The notes under the pieces were generated by a model. It was not told the origin of the DNA and did not search any database. It saw only the letters and a list, made by a program, of their open reading frames with translations. The translations under genes were made by a program, and so were the position numbers. A stretch of DNA of 39,540 bases from Thermodesulfobacteriota bacterium (GTDB lineage: Bacteria; DASVDK01): assembly GCA_036381125.1 (NCBI GenBank), contig DASVDK010000271.1:1-39540 (forward strand). The letters run 5' to 3'. Shown piece by piece: positions 16,356-25,360 of the stretch; position 1 is the stretch's first letter, and each line of letters opens with the position of its first letter.

Positions 16356-16675
16356 CCGGCCAGACCCCCTTTCGGGGCGAAGGTTACCCGCCGCCACCAG
16401 ACGCGTCAAGGCGCGGTCGACTATTCCCCTCGTCCTGGCACACCCATCGGCGCTGCGAGCGAGGCCTCGGGGGCCTCCCCGCAGACCACCGGAAGAAGGC
16501 CCGGGGCCCCCTGGAGGGGCCGCGGCTTCGCCGCGGCGACCGATCACGACGTCGGGGAACTGGTCGGGAGAGGGCAAAGTCCCCATCCAAACGCCAACGA
16601 TTCTAAGGAGACTCTAACTTGATTCGGTCAGGGGCTTGGGGTAGGCTCTGTCTCGGCGAGAAAAGGGCCCGGAAG

Positions 16676-17566
16676 ATGGTGATCTTCAAGCATTATTGGC
16701 TCGTGAACGCGGCGTTGACGGCCGCGCTGGGGGTCGTGTCCGCGAGGACCGTCGCCGGGACGATCGAGCGCGGCCTCGCGCTGCCGCCCGCCACCACGGC
16801 CGCCGCGCGGGGTGGGCCCCCCGCGCCGATCACCCCCCCGCCGGTGCGTTCCGGCGTGATCGTCGAGCGCAACCTCTTCAACTCCAAGAGCCCGGGCGGC
16901 GTCGTCGAGGCCCCGCCCGCGGCCGGCCGCGGCAGCGTCGCCGCCGCGGCGCCGACGCTGCCGCCGCTCAACGCGCGGCTGATCGGCACGGTGCTCGCCG
17001 ACGACGGCGGCTTCGCCATCATCGAGGACACCACCAACCGTCGCCAGGAACTCTACCGTCTCAACGAGGTCGTGCTGCGCGACGCCCGGCTGGTCGCCAT
17101 CGAGCGCGACCGGGTGAGGCTCAGGCGCGGCGGCAAGACGGAGGTGCTCGAGCTGGCGTTCGTCGAGCGTGCGCCCGGCCCCGTCCTCCCCCCGGTCGCC
17201 TCCGCGCCCGCGCCGGGCGCCGGTTCGGGCATCGCGCAGGCGGGCAAGAACCGGTACGTGATCGATCAGAGGGAGATCGACAACGCGCTCGAGAACATGA
17301 ACCAGCTCCTCACCCAGGCACGAATGGTGCCGTTCTTCACCGCGGGCAAGGCCGAGGGGTTCCGGATCTTCGCCATCCGCCCCAACTCGCTCTTCGAGAA
17401 GATCGGCCTGCGCGATGGGGACGTGCTGCAGCGGATCAACGGCAACGACCTGACCGACCCGGGACGCGCGTTCGAGCTGTTCGAGCAGCTCCGGGACGAG
17501 AAGGAGATCTCCGTCGATCTCATGCGCAACGGGTCGAGGCAGACGCTCTCCTACGAGATTCGCTGA
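16676..17566 (+). CDS. gspC: Type II secretion system protein GspC (N-terminal TM helix plus C-terminal PDZ domain).
   Basis: A TM segment MVIFKHYWLVNAALTAALGVV is followed by the C-terminal PDZ-like FAIRPNSLFEKIGLRDGDVLQRINGNDLTDPGRAFELFEQL. A TTG at 16619 is an alternative start. Confidence 0.75.
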   Translation: MVIFKHYWLVNAALTAALGVVSARTVAGTIERGLALPPATTAAARGGPPAPITPPPVRSGVIVERNLFNSKSPGGVVEAPPAAGRGSVAAAAPTLPPLNARLIGTVLADDGGFAIIEDTTNRRQELYRLNEVVLRDARLVAIERDRVRLRRGGKTEVLELAFVERAPGPVLPPVASAPAPGAGSGIAQAGKNRYVIDQREIDNALENMNQLLTQARMVPFFTAGKAEGFRIFAIRPNSLFEKIGLRDGDVLQRINGNDLTDPGRAFELFEQLRDEKEISVDLMRNGSRQTLSYEIR

Positions 17567-17582
17567 CCCCGACCCGCCGCCG

Positions 17583-20147
17583 ATGACTCGACTGATCTTC
17601 GCCATCCCGCTCACGGCCAGTCTGCTCGTTGCCCCGTTGGTGGCGCAGCTCGCGTTCGCCCAGCAGCCTCCGGTCGAGGGCGAGGAGCAGCCGGACGTCG
17701 AGGAGGCCGAGCCGGCCGAGGAGCCGCAGGAGGCCGAGCCGGCCGAGGAGCCGCAGGAGCCCGAGGAGCCGCAGCCGGCCGAGGAGCCGCAGGAGCCCGA
17801 GCCGCCGCGCGCACGGCCGCCGGCCGCGGCGCCGGGCGCCTCGCCCTCCCCGTCCGCGCCGTCGGCCCCGGGCTCGGGGCGCATGCCGCCGATCCCGCCG
17901 CCCGGACCGGGGCGCCAGATCACGATGGACTTCAACGACGCCGACCTCCAGGTCCTGGTGAAGTTCATGAGCGAGCTGACCGGGCGCAACTTCATCCTCG
18001 ACGAGCGGGTGCGGGGCAAGGTGACCATCATCAGCCCCTCCCGCATCACCGTGGAGGAGGCGTACCGGGTCTTCGAGGCGGTGCTCGACGTGAAGGGCTT
18101 CACCACCGTGCCGGTCGGCGCGGCTCTCAAGATCATCCCGGCGCGCGACGCCAAGCAGACCGGCATCCCCGTCACGGGGCCCGACCGGCCGGCGCCCGAG
18201 CGGGCGGCCGGCTACGTCACGAGGCTCATCCCGCTCAAGAACATCGCGGCACAGGACCTCGTGCCGGTCCTGACGCCGCTCGTCAGCAAGGACGGCAGCC
18301 TGCTGGCCTCGCAGACGACCAACACGCTCATCGTCACCGACTCGATGGACAACCTCGACCGCCTGGCCGCCATCGTGGCGCAGCTCGACGTCGCGGGCTT
18401 CCAGGACCGGTACGAGGTCATCCCCCTGCAGTACGCCACGGCGCGCGACCTGGCCGCGACCCTCCAGCAGCTCGTCCAGCCCCGCACCCAGACGCCCGTC
18501 AGCCGCACCGCGCGGCGCCCCGGGAGCGCCGCGGCGGCCCAGGCCGGCAGCATCGACGGCGCCCGAATCATCCCGGACGAGCGGACGAACTCGCTCATCG
18601 TGCAGGCCACGACCGCCGACATCGAGCAGATCCGCGACCTGGTCCGCCAGCTCGACAAGGAGGTGCCGCGCTCGGCGGGGCGGATCAACGTGATCTACCT
18701 CCAGCACGCCGACGCCGAGGAGGTCGCCAAGGTCCTCTCCCAGCTCGCGCCCGCCCAGGGCGGCCCTGGCGCCCCCGGCCGGCCGAACGGGGCCCAGCCG
18801 CCGCGCCCGGTCACGGCGCCGATCCCGGCCGCGACGGGCGGGACGGTCCCGGGCGGTCCGGTCGGCTCGACCGTGACGCCGACCTCGGCGGACGGCCCGG
18901 CGCCCGCGGCGGAGCTGGAGGGCGGCGTCAAGGTCACGGCCGACAAGGCGACCAACTCGCTCATCGTCACGGCGTCGCCGGCCGACTTCGAGGCCATCCG
19001 CAGCGTCGTGCGGCAGCTCGACATCCCGCGCGCGCAGGTGTTCGTCGAGGCGCTCATCATGGAGGTCTCGCTGAACCGCCGGCGCGAGCTCGGCGTGCAG
19101 GCCACGGGGGTCGGCCGGATCGGCGGCACGAGCATCATCGGCGGCACCGGCACCGGCGCCCAGCCGTTCTCCCTCAGCACGGCGGGTGACCTGATCAACC
19201 CGCTCACGCCGATCGGGTCGACGCTCGGCGGCGGCGCCTTCGGCCGGCCGATCACCATCACGAACCCGATCACCGGCGAGCCGGTCACGTTCCCGTCGTT
19301 CAGCGCGCTCGTGCGCTTCCTCAACCAGGTCACCGACGTGAACGTGCTCTCGGCGCCGCACCTCCTCACGACGAACAACAAGGAGGCGGAGATCGTCGTC
19401 GCCCAGAACATCCCGTTCATCACCGGGCAGACCTCGACGATCACCGACCCGAACGCCGTCCAGACGCAGATCGACCGGCGCGACGTCGGCATCACGCTGC
19501 GGCTCACGCCGACGATCAACGAGGGCGACCTCGTGCGGCTCGACATCTTCCAGGAGATCTCGGCCGTCACCGACTCGCCCGAGGGCCTCAACGTGAACGA
19601 GGTCGGCGTCACGACGACCAAGCGCTCGGCCAAGACCTCGGTCCTCGTGAAGGACGAGGCCACGATCGTCATCGGCGGCCTCATCCGCGACGACATCAAC
19701 GCCACGGAGAACAAGATCCCGATCCTCGGCGACATCCCGATCCTCGGGTACCTCTTCAAGAACACGACCCGGCGCGTCGACAAGACCAACCTGCTCATCT
19801 TCCTCACGCCGCACATCGTGCGCTCCCCCGAGGAGATCGCCGAGATCACCAGGCGGCGGCAGGAGCAGTTCCAGCAGTGGAAGGCGCGCTACAACGTGGA
19901 GGAGCTCGACGAGTCGGGATGGATCTTCGACCCGGTGGAGCGCTCGCGGCGGGGCGGCATCCGCGACGGCTTCGCGATCAACGAGCCGGTGCCCCAGATG
20001 TCGGTCCGGGCGGTGCGGCCGCGCCCCGTGCCGGCTCTGCCGCCCGGCGAGGGCCCGGCCTTGCCGTCCCTCCCCCCGGCGCTCCCCCCGCCGTCCGAGA
20101 GCCCGGCGGCGCCCGCCCCGCCACCGGCGGAGCCCGACGGGTCGTGA
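17583..20147 (+). CDS. gspD: Type II secretion system secretin GspD.
   Basis: It has a signal peptide, N0-N3 domains (NDADLQVLVKFMSELTGRNFILDERVRGKVTI...) and the secretin C-domain (...VNVLSAPHLLTTNNKEAEIVVAQNIPFITG...IVIGGLIRDD...IPILGDIPILGYLFKNT...LLIFLTPHIV). The C-terminal tail is Pro-rich. Confidence 0.9.
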   Translation: MTRLIFAIPLTASLLVAPLVAQLAFAQQPPVEGEEQPDVEEAEPAEEPQEAEPAEEPQEPEEPQPAEEPQEPEPPRARPPAAAPGASPSPSAPSAPGSGRMPPIPPPGPGRQITMDFNDADLQVLVKFMSELTGRNFILDERVRGKVTIISPSRITVEEAYRVFEAVLDVKGFTTVPVGAALKIIPARDAKQTGIPVTGPDRPAPERAAGYVTRLIPLKNIAAQDLVPVLTPLVSKDGSLLASQTTNTLIVTDSMDNLDRLAAIVAQLDVAGFQDRYEVIPLQYATARDLAATLQQLVQPRTQTPVSRTARRPGSAAAAQAGSIDGARIIPDERTNSLIVQATTADIEQIRDLVRQLDKEVPRSAGRINVIYLQHADAEEVAKVLSQLAPAQGGPGAPGRPNGAQPPRPVTAPIPAATGGTVPGGPVGSTVTPTSADGPAPAAELEGGVKVTADKATNSLIVTASPADFEAIRSVVRQLDIPRAQVFVEALIMEVSLNRRRELGVQATGVGRIGGTSIIGGTGTGAQPFSLSTAGDLINPLTPIGSTLGGGAFGRPITITNPITGEPVTFPSFSALVRFLNQVTDVNVLSAPHLLTTNNKEAEIVVAQNIPFITGQTSTITDPNAVQTQIDRRDVGITLRLTPTINEGDLVRLDIFQEISAVTDSPEGLNVNEVGVTTTKRSAKTSVLVKDEATIVIGGLIRDDINATENKIPILGDIPILGYLFKNTTRRVDKTNLLIFLTPHIVRSPEEIAEITRRRQEQFQQWKARYNVEELDESGWIFDPVERSRRGGIRDGFAINEPVPQMSVRAVRPRPVPALPPGEGPALPSLPPALPPPSESPAAPAPPPAEPDGS
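17700..17812 (+). repeat. Imperfect 27-nt tandem repeats (gccgagccggccgaggagccgcaggag) encoding an acidic (EAEPAEEPQ)n stretch between the GspD signal peptide and the N0 domain.
   Basis: Seen directly. There are two exact 27-nt copies (17708-17761) flanked by degenerate copies. Confidence 0.7.
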
Positions 20148-20221
20148 CGGTCACGCGAACCCCCCCGCCCGACGCGGGCCGGCCGCCCGCCGTCCCGGGC
20201 GGCGAGAGCACGGCAGGTCGC

Positions 20222-21937
20222 ATGCGGCACTTCCGACGCCCTCTGGGCGACATCCTGAAGGAGGAGTTCGCCCTTACCGACGCCCAGCTCGAGGAGGTGA
20301 GCGCCCTCCAGCGGGGCACCGCCACCAAGCTCGGCGAGCTGCTCGTGCAGCTCAAGACCCTCAGGGAAGAGGACGTCCTCAGGGCGCTGGGGCTCCAGCT
20401 CGGCCTCGCCTTCCGGCCGGAGCTGCCCGAGGGGGCGGTCGACCCCGAGCTGGCCGTCCGCGTCCCGATCGCCTTCGCGAAGAAGCACCTGGTGTTGCCG
20501 CTCGCGGCCGCCGACGGCGCCATCGAGGTGGCGGTGTCGGACCCGTTCGAGCTGTCGCCGCTCGACGACCTGCGCATCCTCCTCGAGGGCGAGATCACGC
20601 CGGTCCTGGTGCCGCCCAAGCAGGTGCTGGCCGCCATCAACCGCGTCTACGACCGCGGCGCCGTGACCTCCGAGCAGGTGGTCGAGGACCTGACCGAGGA
20701 GGGCAACCTCGACGCGCTCGCCACCGAACTCGAGGAGCCGCAGGACCTCCTCGACGCCACCGACGAGGCGCCGATCATCCGCCTCGTGAACTCGCTCCTC
20801 TTCCAGGCGGTCAAGGCCCGGGCGAGCGACATCCACGTGGAGCCGTACGAGCGGGAGCTGGCGGTCCGCTTCCGGATCGACGGCGTCCTCTACAACGTCC
20901 TGAACCCGCCCAAGCGCTTCCAGTCGTCGATCCTGTCGCGCATCAAGGTCATGGGCGGCCTCAACATCGCCGAGAAGCGGCTGCCGCAGGACGGCCGGAT
21001 CCGGATCAAGATCGCCGGCAAGGACGTCGACATCCGCCTCTCGGTCGTGCCGACCGCGTTCGGCGAGCGCGCGGTCATGCGTCTGCTCGACAAGGGGACG
21101 CACATCCTCGACCTCGCCGACATCGGGATCGCCGAGGACCACCTCCGCACGCTCGAGCGGCTCATCAAGCGGCCCAACGGCATCATCCTCGTGACCGGCC
21201 CGACCGGCAGCGGCAAGACGACGACGCTCTACGCCGCCCTCTCGCGCATCAACTCGCCGGACAAGAACATCATCACGGTCGAGGACCCGATCGAGTACCA
21301 GATCCGCGGCATCGGCCAGATCCAGGTCAACCCGAAGATCGACCTCACCTTCGCCAACGGCCTGCGCTCGATCCTCCGCCAGGACCCCGACGTGATCATG
21401 GTGGGCGAGATCCGCGACACCGAGACCGCCGAGATCGCCATCCAGGCGTCGCTCACGGGGCACCTCGTCTTCTCGACCCTCCACACCAACGACGCCCCCG
21501 GCGCCGTGACGCGCCTGATCGACATGGGGATCGAGCCCTTCCTCGTCTGCTCGTCGGTCATCGCCATCATGGCCCAGCGCCTCGTGCGGCACGTCTGCAC
21601 GGCCTGCCGGGAGTTCTACACGCCGGACGAGGCCGAGCTGGCCGACCTCGGCCTCGACCGCTCCCGGGTGCCGGCCGGGGGCTTCGCGCGCGGCCGCGGC
21701 TGCGAGGGCTGCATGCGGACCGGCTACCGCGGCCGATCCGGGATCTACGAGCTGATGCTCGTCGACGGCGGCGTGCGCGACCTGGTCATGAAGAACGCCG
21801 ACGCCGCCTCCATCCGCAACTACGCCGTGTCGAAGGGGATGCGGACCCTTCGCGAGGACGGCATCCGCAAGCTCCTCGCCGGGCAGACCACCGTGGAGGA
21901 GGTCCTGCGGGTGACGCAAGACGACGTCCTGGAGTAG
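20222..21937 (+). CDS. gspE: Type II secretion ATPase GspE.
   Basis: Walker A GPTGSGKTT, the Asp box, Walker B and His box are present, together with the tetracysteine CTACREF...CEGCMRTG motif. The start is at the internal ATG 20222. Confidence 0.9.
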   Translation: MRHFRRPLGDILKEEFALTDAQLEEVSALQRGTATKLGELLVQLKTLREEDVLRALGLQLGLAFRPELPEGAVDPELAVRVPIAFAKKHLVLPLAAADGAIEVAVSDPFELSPLDDLRILLEGEITPVLVPPKQVLAAINRVYDRGAVTSEQVVEDLTEEGNLDALATELEEPQDLLDATDEAPIIRLVNSLLFQAVKARASDIHVEPYERELAVRFRIDGVLYNVLNPPKRFQSSILSRIKVMGGLNIAEKRLPQDGRIRIKIAGKDVDIRLSVVPTAFGERAVMRLLDKGTHILDLADIGIAEDHLRTLERLIKRPNGIILVTGPTGSGKTTTLYAALSRINSPDKNIITVEDPIEYQIRGIGQIQVNPKIDLTFANGLRSILRQDPDVIMVGEIRDTETAEIAIQASLTGHLVFSTLHTNDAPGAVTRLIDMGIEPFLVCSSVIAIMAQRLVRHVCTACREFYTPDEAELADLGLDRSRVPAGGFARGRGCEGCMRTGYRGRSGIYELMLVDGGVRDLVMKNADAASIRNYAVSKGMRTLREDGIRKLLAGQTTVEEVLRVTQDDVLE

Positions 21938-21940
21938 GCC

Positions 21941-23158
21941 ATGGCCGTCTTCGAGTACCGAGGGGTCGGCGCCGACGGGCGGCCCGCGAAGGGCATCGTC
22001 GATGCCGAGAGCGCCCGCGCGGCTCGCGCCAAGCTCCGCAAGGACGGGATCTTCCCCACCGAGGTCCGCGAGGAATCCGCCGTGCGCGCGATCGCGGGCC
22101 GCCCGGGACGCCGCGCCGGGCGCCGCGTCTCGGCCACCGACCTCGCGGTCACGACCCGGCAGCTCGCCACCCTGGTCGGCGCCGCCGTGCCGCTCGTCGA
22201 GTCGCTCCGCGCCCTGGCCGACCAGGTGGAGCACCCCACCCTCAAGCCTGTGCTCGCCCGGGTGCGCGAGCGGGTCAACGAGGGGGCGAGCCTCGCCGAC
22301 GCCCTGGCCGACCATCCGAGGATCTTCACCCCGCTCTACGTCAACATGGTACGCTCGGGCGAGGCGAGCGGCGCGCTCGACATCGTGCTCGGCCGCCTCG
22401 CCGACTTCACGGAGAAGCAGGCGCGCCTCAGGGGCCGGCTGGGCGCCGCGATGATCTACCCGATCATCATGCTGGTCGTCGGCACCGGCATCCTCGCCTT
22501 CCTGCTCACCTACGTCGTGCCGCAGATCACGCAGGTCTTCGCCGAGCAGAAGGTGGCGCTCCCCTGGCTCACGCGCGCGCTCCTCGGCGTCACGGACGTC
22601 CTGCGGGGCTACTGGTGGCTCATCCTCGGCCTGATCGCCGCGGCGGCGCTCGGGCTCGACCGCTATCGTCGAACGCCGAAGGGGCGCGAGGCGCTCGACC
22701 GGTTCTGGCTCCGGCTGCCGGTGTTCGGCCGCCTGGTGCGGATGGCGGCGGTCGCCCGCGCCACCCGCACGCTCTCGACGCTGCTCGGCGCCGGCGTCCA
22801 GATGCTCCCCGCGCTCGGCATCGTGGCGGCGGTCGTCGACAACCGCGTCCTCGCCGGCGCCATCGAGGCGGCGCGCACGCGCGTGGCCGAGGGGGAGAGC
22901 CTGTCGGAGCCGCTGCGCCGCAGCGGCCACTTCCCGCCGATCGTGACGCACATGATCGCCGTCGGCGAGCGGAGCGGCGAGCTCGAGGCCATGCTCGGCA
23001 AGGTGGCCGACGCGTACGACGAGGTCGTGGAGACGCGGATCGCCGCGCTCACGGCCCTGTTGCAGCCGGTGATGATTCTCGCGATGGGCGCGGTGGTGCT
23101 CCTCGTCGTCCTCGCGATTCTCCTGCCGATCATCGACATGAACACCGTCCTCCGCTAG
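21941..23158 (+). CDS. gspF: Type II secretion inner-membrane platform protein GspF.
   Basis: MAVFEYRGVGADGRPAKGIVDAES... and the two repeated GspF domains with three TM segments match GspF. Confidence 0.9.
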   Translation: MAVFEYRGVGADGRPAKGIVDAESARAARAKLRKDGIFPTEVREESAVRAIAGRPGRRAGRRVSATDLAVTTRQLATLVGAAVPLVESLRALADQVEHPTLKPVLARVRERVNEGASLADALADHPRIFTPLYVNMVRSGEASGALDIVLGRLADFTEKQARLRGRLGAAMIYPIIMLVVGTGILAFLLTYVVPQITQVFAEQKVALPWLTRALLGVTDVLRGYWWLILGLIAAAALGLDRYRRTPKGREALDRFWLRLPVFGRLVRMAAVARATRTLSTLLGAGVQMLPALGIVAAVVDNRVLAGAIEAARTRVAEGESLSEPLRRSGHFPPIVTHMIAVGERSGELEAMLGKVADAYDEVVETRIAALTALLQPVMILAMGAVVLLVVLAILLPIIDMNTVLR

Positions 23159-23185
23159 CGCGGCGGCGGTGTCGGAGGTGCTCCT

Positions 23186-23629
23186 GTGCGGTCCGAGAGA
23201 AGGGCCCGGCGAGTCGCCGGAGGTTTCACGCTCATCGAGGTCCTGGTCGTCGTCCTGATCATCGGCATCCTCGCCGCCATCGTCGGGCCGCGCGTCATCG
23301 GCAAGGCCGACGACGCGCGGCGCACGCGCGTGGTGGCCGATCTCAAGAGCATCGAGACGGCGCTCGACCTCTACAAGCTCGACAACGGCGTCTACCCCAC
23401 CACCGAACAGGGGCTCGAGGCGCTGGTCACCAAGCCGACCGTCGGGAACATCCCGGCCAACTGGAAGGACGGCGGCTACCTGCCTCGTGTCCCGGTCGAT
23501 CCGTGGGGCCAGCCCTACGCCTACGCCTATCCGGGCACCCAGGGCGAGTACGACCTCTTCTCGCTCGGGGCGGACGGCCAGCCGGGCGGCGAGGGCCCGA
23601 ACGCCGACGTCTACGCCGGCGAGTCCTGA
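23186..23629 (+). CDS. gspG: Major pseudopilin GspG.
   Basis: It has the prepilin motif ...RRVAGG/FTLIEVLVVVLIIGILAAIV and a GTG start. The C-terminal core ...VPVDPWGQPYAYAYPG... is typical of GspG. Confidence 0.85.
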   Translation: MRSERRARRVAGGFTLIEVLVVVLIIGILAAIVGPRVIGKADDARRTRVVADLKSIETALDLYKLDNGVYPTTEQGLEALVTKPTVGNIPANWKDGGYLPRVPVDPWGQPYAYAYPGTQGEYDLFSLGADGQPGGEGPNADVYAGES

Positions 23630-23647
23630 CGGACGCCGGCCCGCCCG

Positions 23648-24244
23648 ATGGTCCTTGCGAGCGAACGCCGCCACGCCGGCCGCAGGCCGGCCGGGCCGCG
23701 GCCGCGGGCCCGGCGGCTTGCGTCCGCCTTCACGCTCGTCGAGATCCTGGTCGCCCTCGCCGTGGTGGCGCTCGCCCTGGGGCTCGCCGTCCCGAAGCTC
23801 ACCGAGCTGTCCGGGATCGAGCTGCGCTCCGCGGCGCGGCGCCTCGTCGGCGCCGCCCGCTACGCGGCCGACCAGGCGGCGGTACGCAAGACGCCCTACC
23901 GGCTCCGGTTCGACTTCGCCGAGCGCGCCTATCGGGTGGAGCGGCTCGACGGGGACACCTGGAAGCCCGACCCGACCTCGCTCGGCGTCCCGGTGGTCCT
24001 GCCCGGCCGGGTGCGCCTGGCGCTGGTCGAGACGCGGCGGGCCGGCCGGCTGCGCGATCAGGAGGCGTCCGTGGAGTTCTACCCCAAGGGATACGCCGAG
24101 CGCGCCGCGATCCAGCTCGCCGTCGGCGAGCGGCGGGCGTACACGATCGAGGTGCGGCCCTACGACATGCGCCCCCGCATCCACGAGGGCGCGCTCGAGC
24201 TGGCGGAGCTCGACCGACATGCCACGGTCCCGGCGGCCCGGTAG
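23648..24244 (+). CDS. gspH: Minor pseudopilin GspH.
   Basis: It has the prepilin-type N-terminus ...SAFTLVEILVALAVVALAL. Confidence 0.7.
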   Translation: MVLASERRHAGRRPAGPRPRARRLASAFTLVEILVALAVVALALGLAVPKLTELSGIELRSAARRLVGAARYAADQAAVRKTPYRLRFDFAERAYRVERLDGDTWKPDPTSLGVPVVLPGRVRLALVETRRAGRLRDQEASVEFYPKGYAERAAIQLAVGERRAYTIEVRPYDMRPRIHEGALELAELDRHATVPAAR

Positions 24245-24671
24245 ACGCGCGGCCGTGCGCCTCCCGAGCGCACGCGGCCGCCCCGCCTCCGGCGGGGGCC
24301 CGGCCGCCGGCTTCACGCTCCTCGAGGTCCTGGTCGCGCTCGTGATCCTCGGCGTGGCGCTGGTCGGCCTGCTTTCCGCCCAGAGCGCCGCCGTGCGACT
24401 CAGGTCCCAGGCCGAGGAGCTGACGCTCGCGACGTTCCTGCTCGAGACGAAGATGACCGACACCCAGATGGGCGACTTCCCCGACGTCGGCACCACGGAG
24501 GGTGACTTCGGGGACGACTACCCGGGGTACACCTGGCAGCAGGTGGTGACCGACACCCCCTTCCGCGGCGTGCGCGAGGTGCGGCTCGCGGTCATCTGGT
24601 CGCCGGGCCCGCGGCCGCAGCGGCTCGAGCTCGTGCACTTCATGGTCGAGCGGCCGGGCGGCGCGCCATGA
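24219..24671 (+). CDS. gspI: Minor pseudopilin GspI.
   Basis: ...AAGFTLLEVLVALVILGVALVGLLSAQ is followed by a GspI-like core. The start is tentative, since the ATG at 24219 overlaps the gspH end. Confidence 0.65.
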   Translation: MPRSRRPGRRAAVRLPSARGRPASGGGPAAGFTLLEVLVALVILGVALVGLLSAQSAAVRLRSQAEELTLATFLLETKMTDTQMGDFPDVGTTEGDFGDDYPGYTWQQVVTDTPFRGVREVRLAVIWSPGPRPQRLELVHFMVERPGGAP

Positions 24672-25360
24672 CGCGCGGCGCGCGGGCGGCCGGCTTCACG
24701 CTCATCGAGGTCCTGGTCGCCCTCGGGATCCTCGGCGTGATCGTCGCGATCGTGAGCACGAGCCTCTCCGGGGCCCTCGGCGTGCAGGAGGCCGCCAACC
24801 GGCGCGTCGAGATGACCCACGCCGGCCGGACGGCGATCGATCGGATGAGCCAGGAGCTGGCGTCGGCGTTCGCCCTGCCGGCCCAGGGGGGGCGGCCGCA
24901 GGCGGCCGGCTTCCTCCTCGAGCACCGCGAGCTCGAGGGCGCCTCGCGGGACCGGCTGAGCTTCCTCACGTACGGGCGTCCGCGCGTCGGGGGGAGCGGG
25001 CCGTCGTCCGACATGGCCCTGGTCGAATACGAGCTGGTCGTCTCGGACGACCGGCGCGACTGGCGGCTCGTCCGGCGCCAGGCCAACCGGCTCGACCTCG
25101 AGGCGCTCGCCGAGGCGCCCGGCGACGTGGTGGCCGAGCGGGTGGTCGGCTTCGAGGTGAAGGTCTACGACGCCGGCAAGAAGGAGTGGGTGAACGAGTG
25201 GACCGACAAGGCGAGGATCCCGCAGGCCGTCTGGCTGACGGTGCGGGTCGTGCCCGAGCCCGCCCCGCAGGCCGACCGGCCCTGGGGCGACGGGCCGCTC
25301 GCCGAGGCGAGCGTTCTCACCTACGGCACGCGCTTCACGCTGCCGATGTGGAAGCGATGA
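24668..25360 (+). CDS. gspJ: Minor pseudopilin GspJ.
   Basis: It begins MTRGARAAGFTLIEVLVALGILGVIVAIV and overlaps the gspI stop as ATGA. Confidence 0.75.
   Translation: MTRGARAAGFTLIEVLVALGILGVIVAIVSTSLSGALGVQEAANRRVEMTHAGRTAIDRMSQELASAFALPAQGGRPQAAGFLLEHRELEGASRDRLSFLTYGRPRVGGSGPSSDMALVEYELVVSDDRRDWRLVRRQANRLDLEALAEAPGDVVAERVVGFEVKVYDAGKKEWVNEWTDKARIPQAVWLTVRVVPEPAPQADRPWGDGPLAEASVLTYGTRFTLPMWKR

Noticed and set aside
16437-16452. TGGCACacccatcggc as a sigma54 promoter for gspC.
   Set aside because: The -12 element is poor (TCGG against TTGC), the spacing is off by one, and it lies 240 nt from the start. It is not distinguishable from chance in GC-rich DNA.
16356-16620. A Moco riboswitch in the moaB leader.
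   Set aside because: The RBS sits 6 nt from the end of a region I cannot fold into the Moco motif by eye. A covariance-model search is required, so it is left as a low-confidence question only.
17700-17812. The possibility that the 27-nt tandem repeats form a CRISPR-like array.
   Set aside because: The repeats are contiguous with no spacers, lie in frame inside gspD and encode an acidic linker. No cas genes are present.
17520-19814. A 764-aa minus-strand ORF.
   Set aside because: It is antisense to the gspD secretin and is Arg/Asp/Gly-rich junk.
19889-24496. A 1535-aa (4.6-kb) open reading frame on the minus strand.
   Set aside because: It runs antisense through gspE, gspF, gspG, gspH and gspI. 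Its translation is Arg/Gly/Pro/Ala/Asp low-complexity with no motifs, while the sense-strand genes have textbook T2SS signatures. Long stop-free antisense frames are expected at 72% GC.
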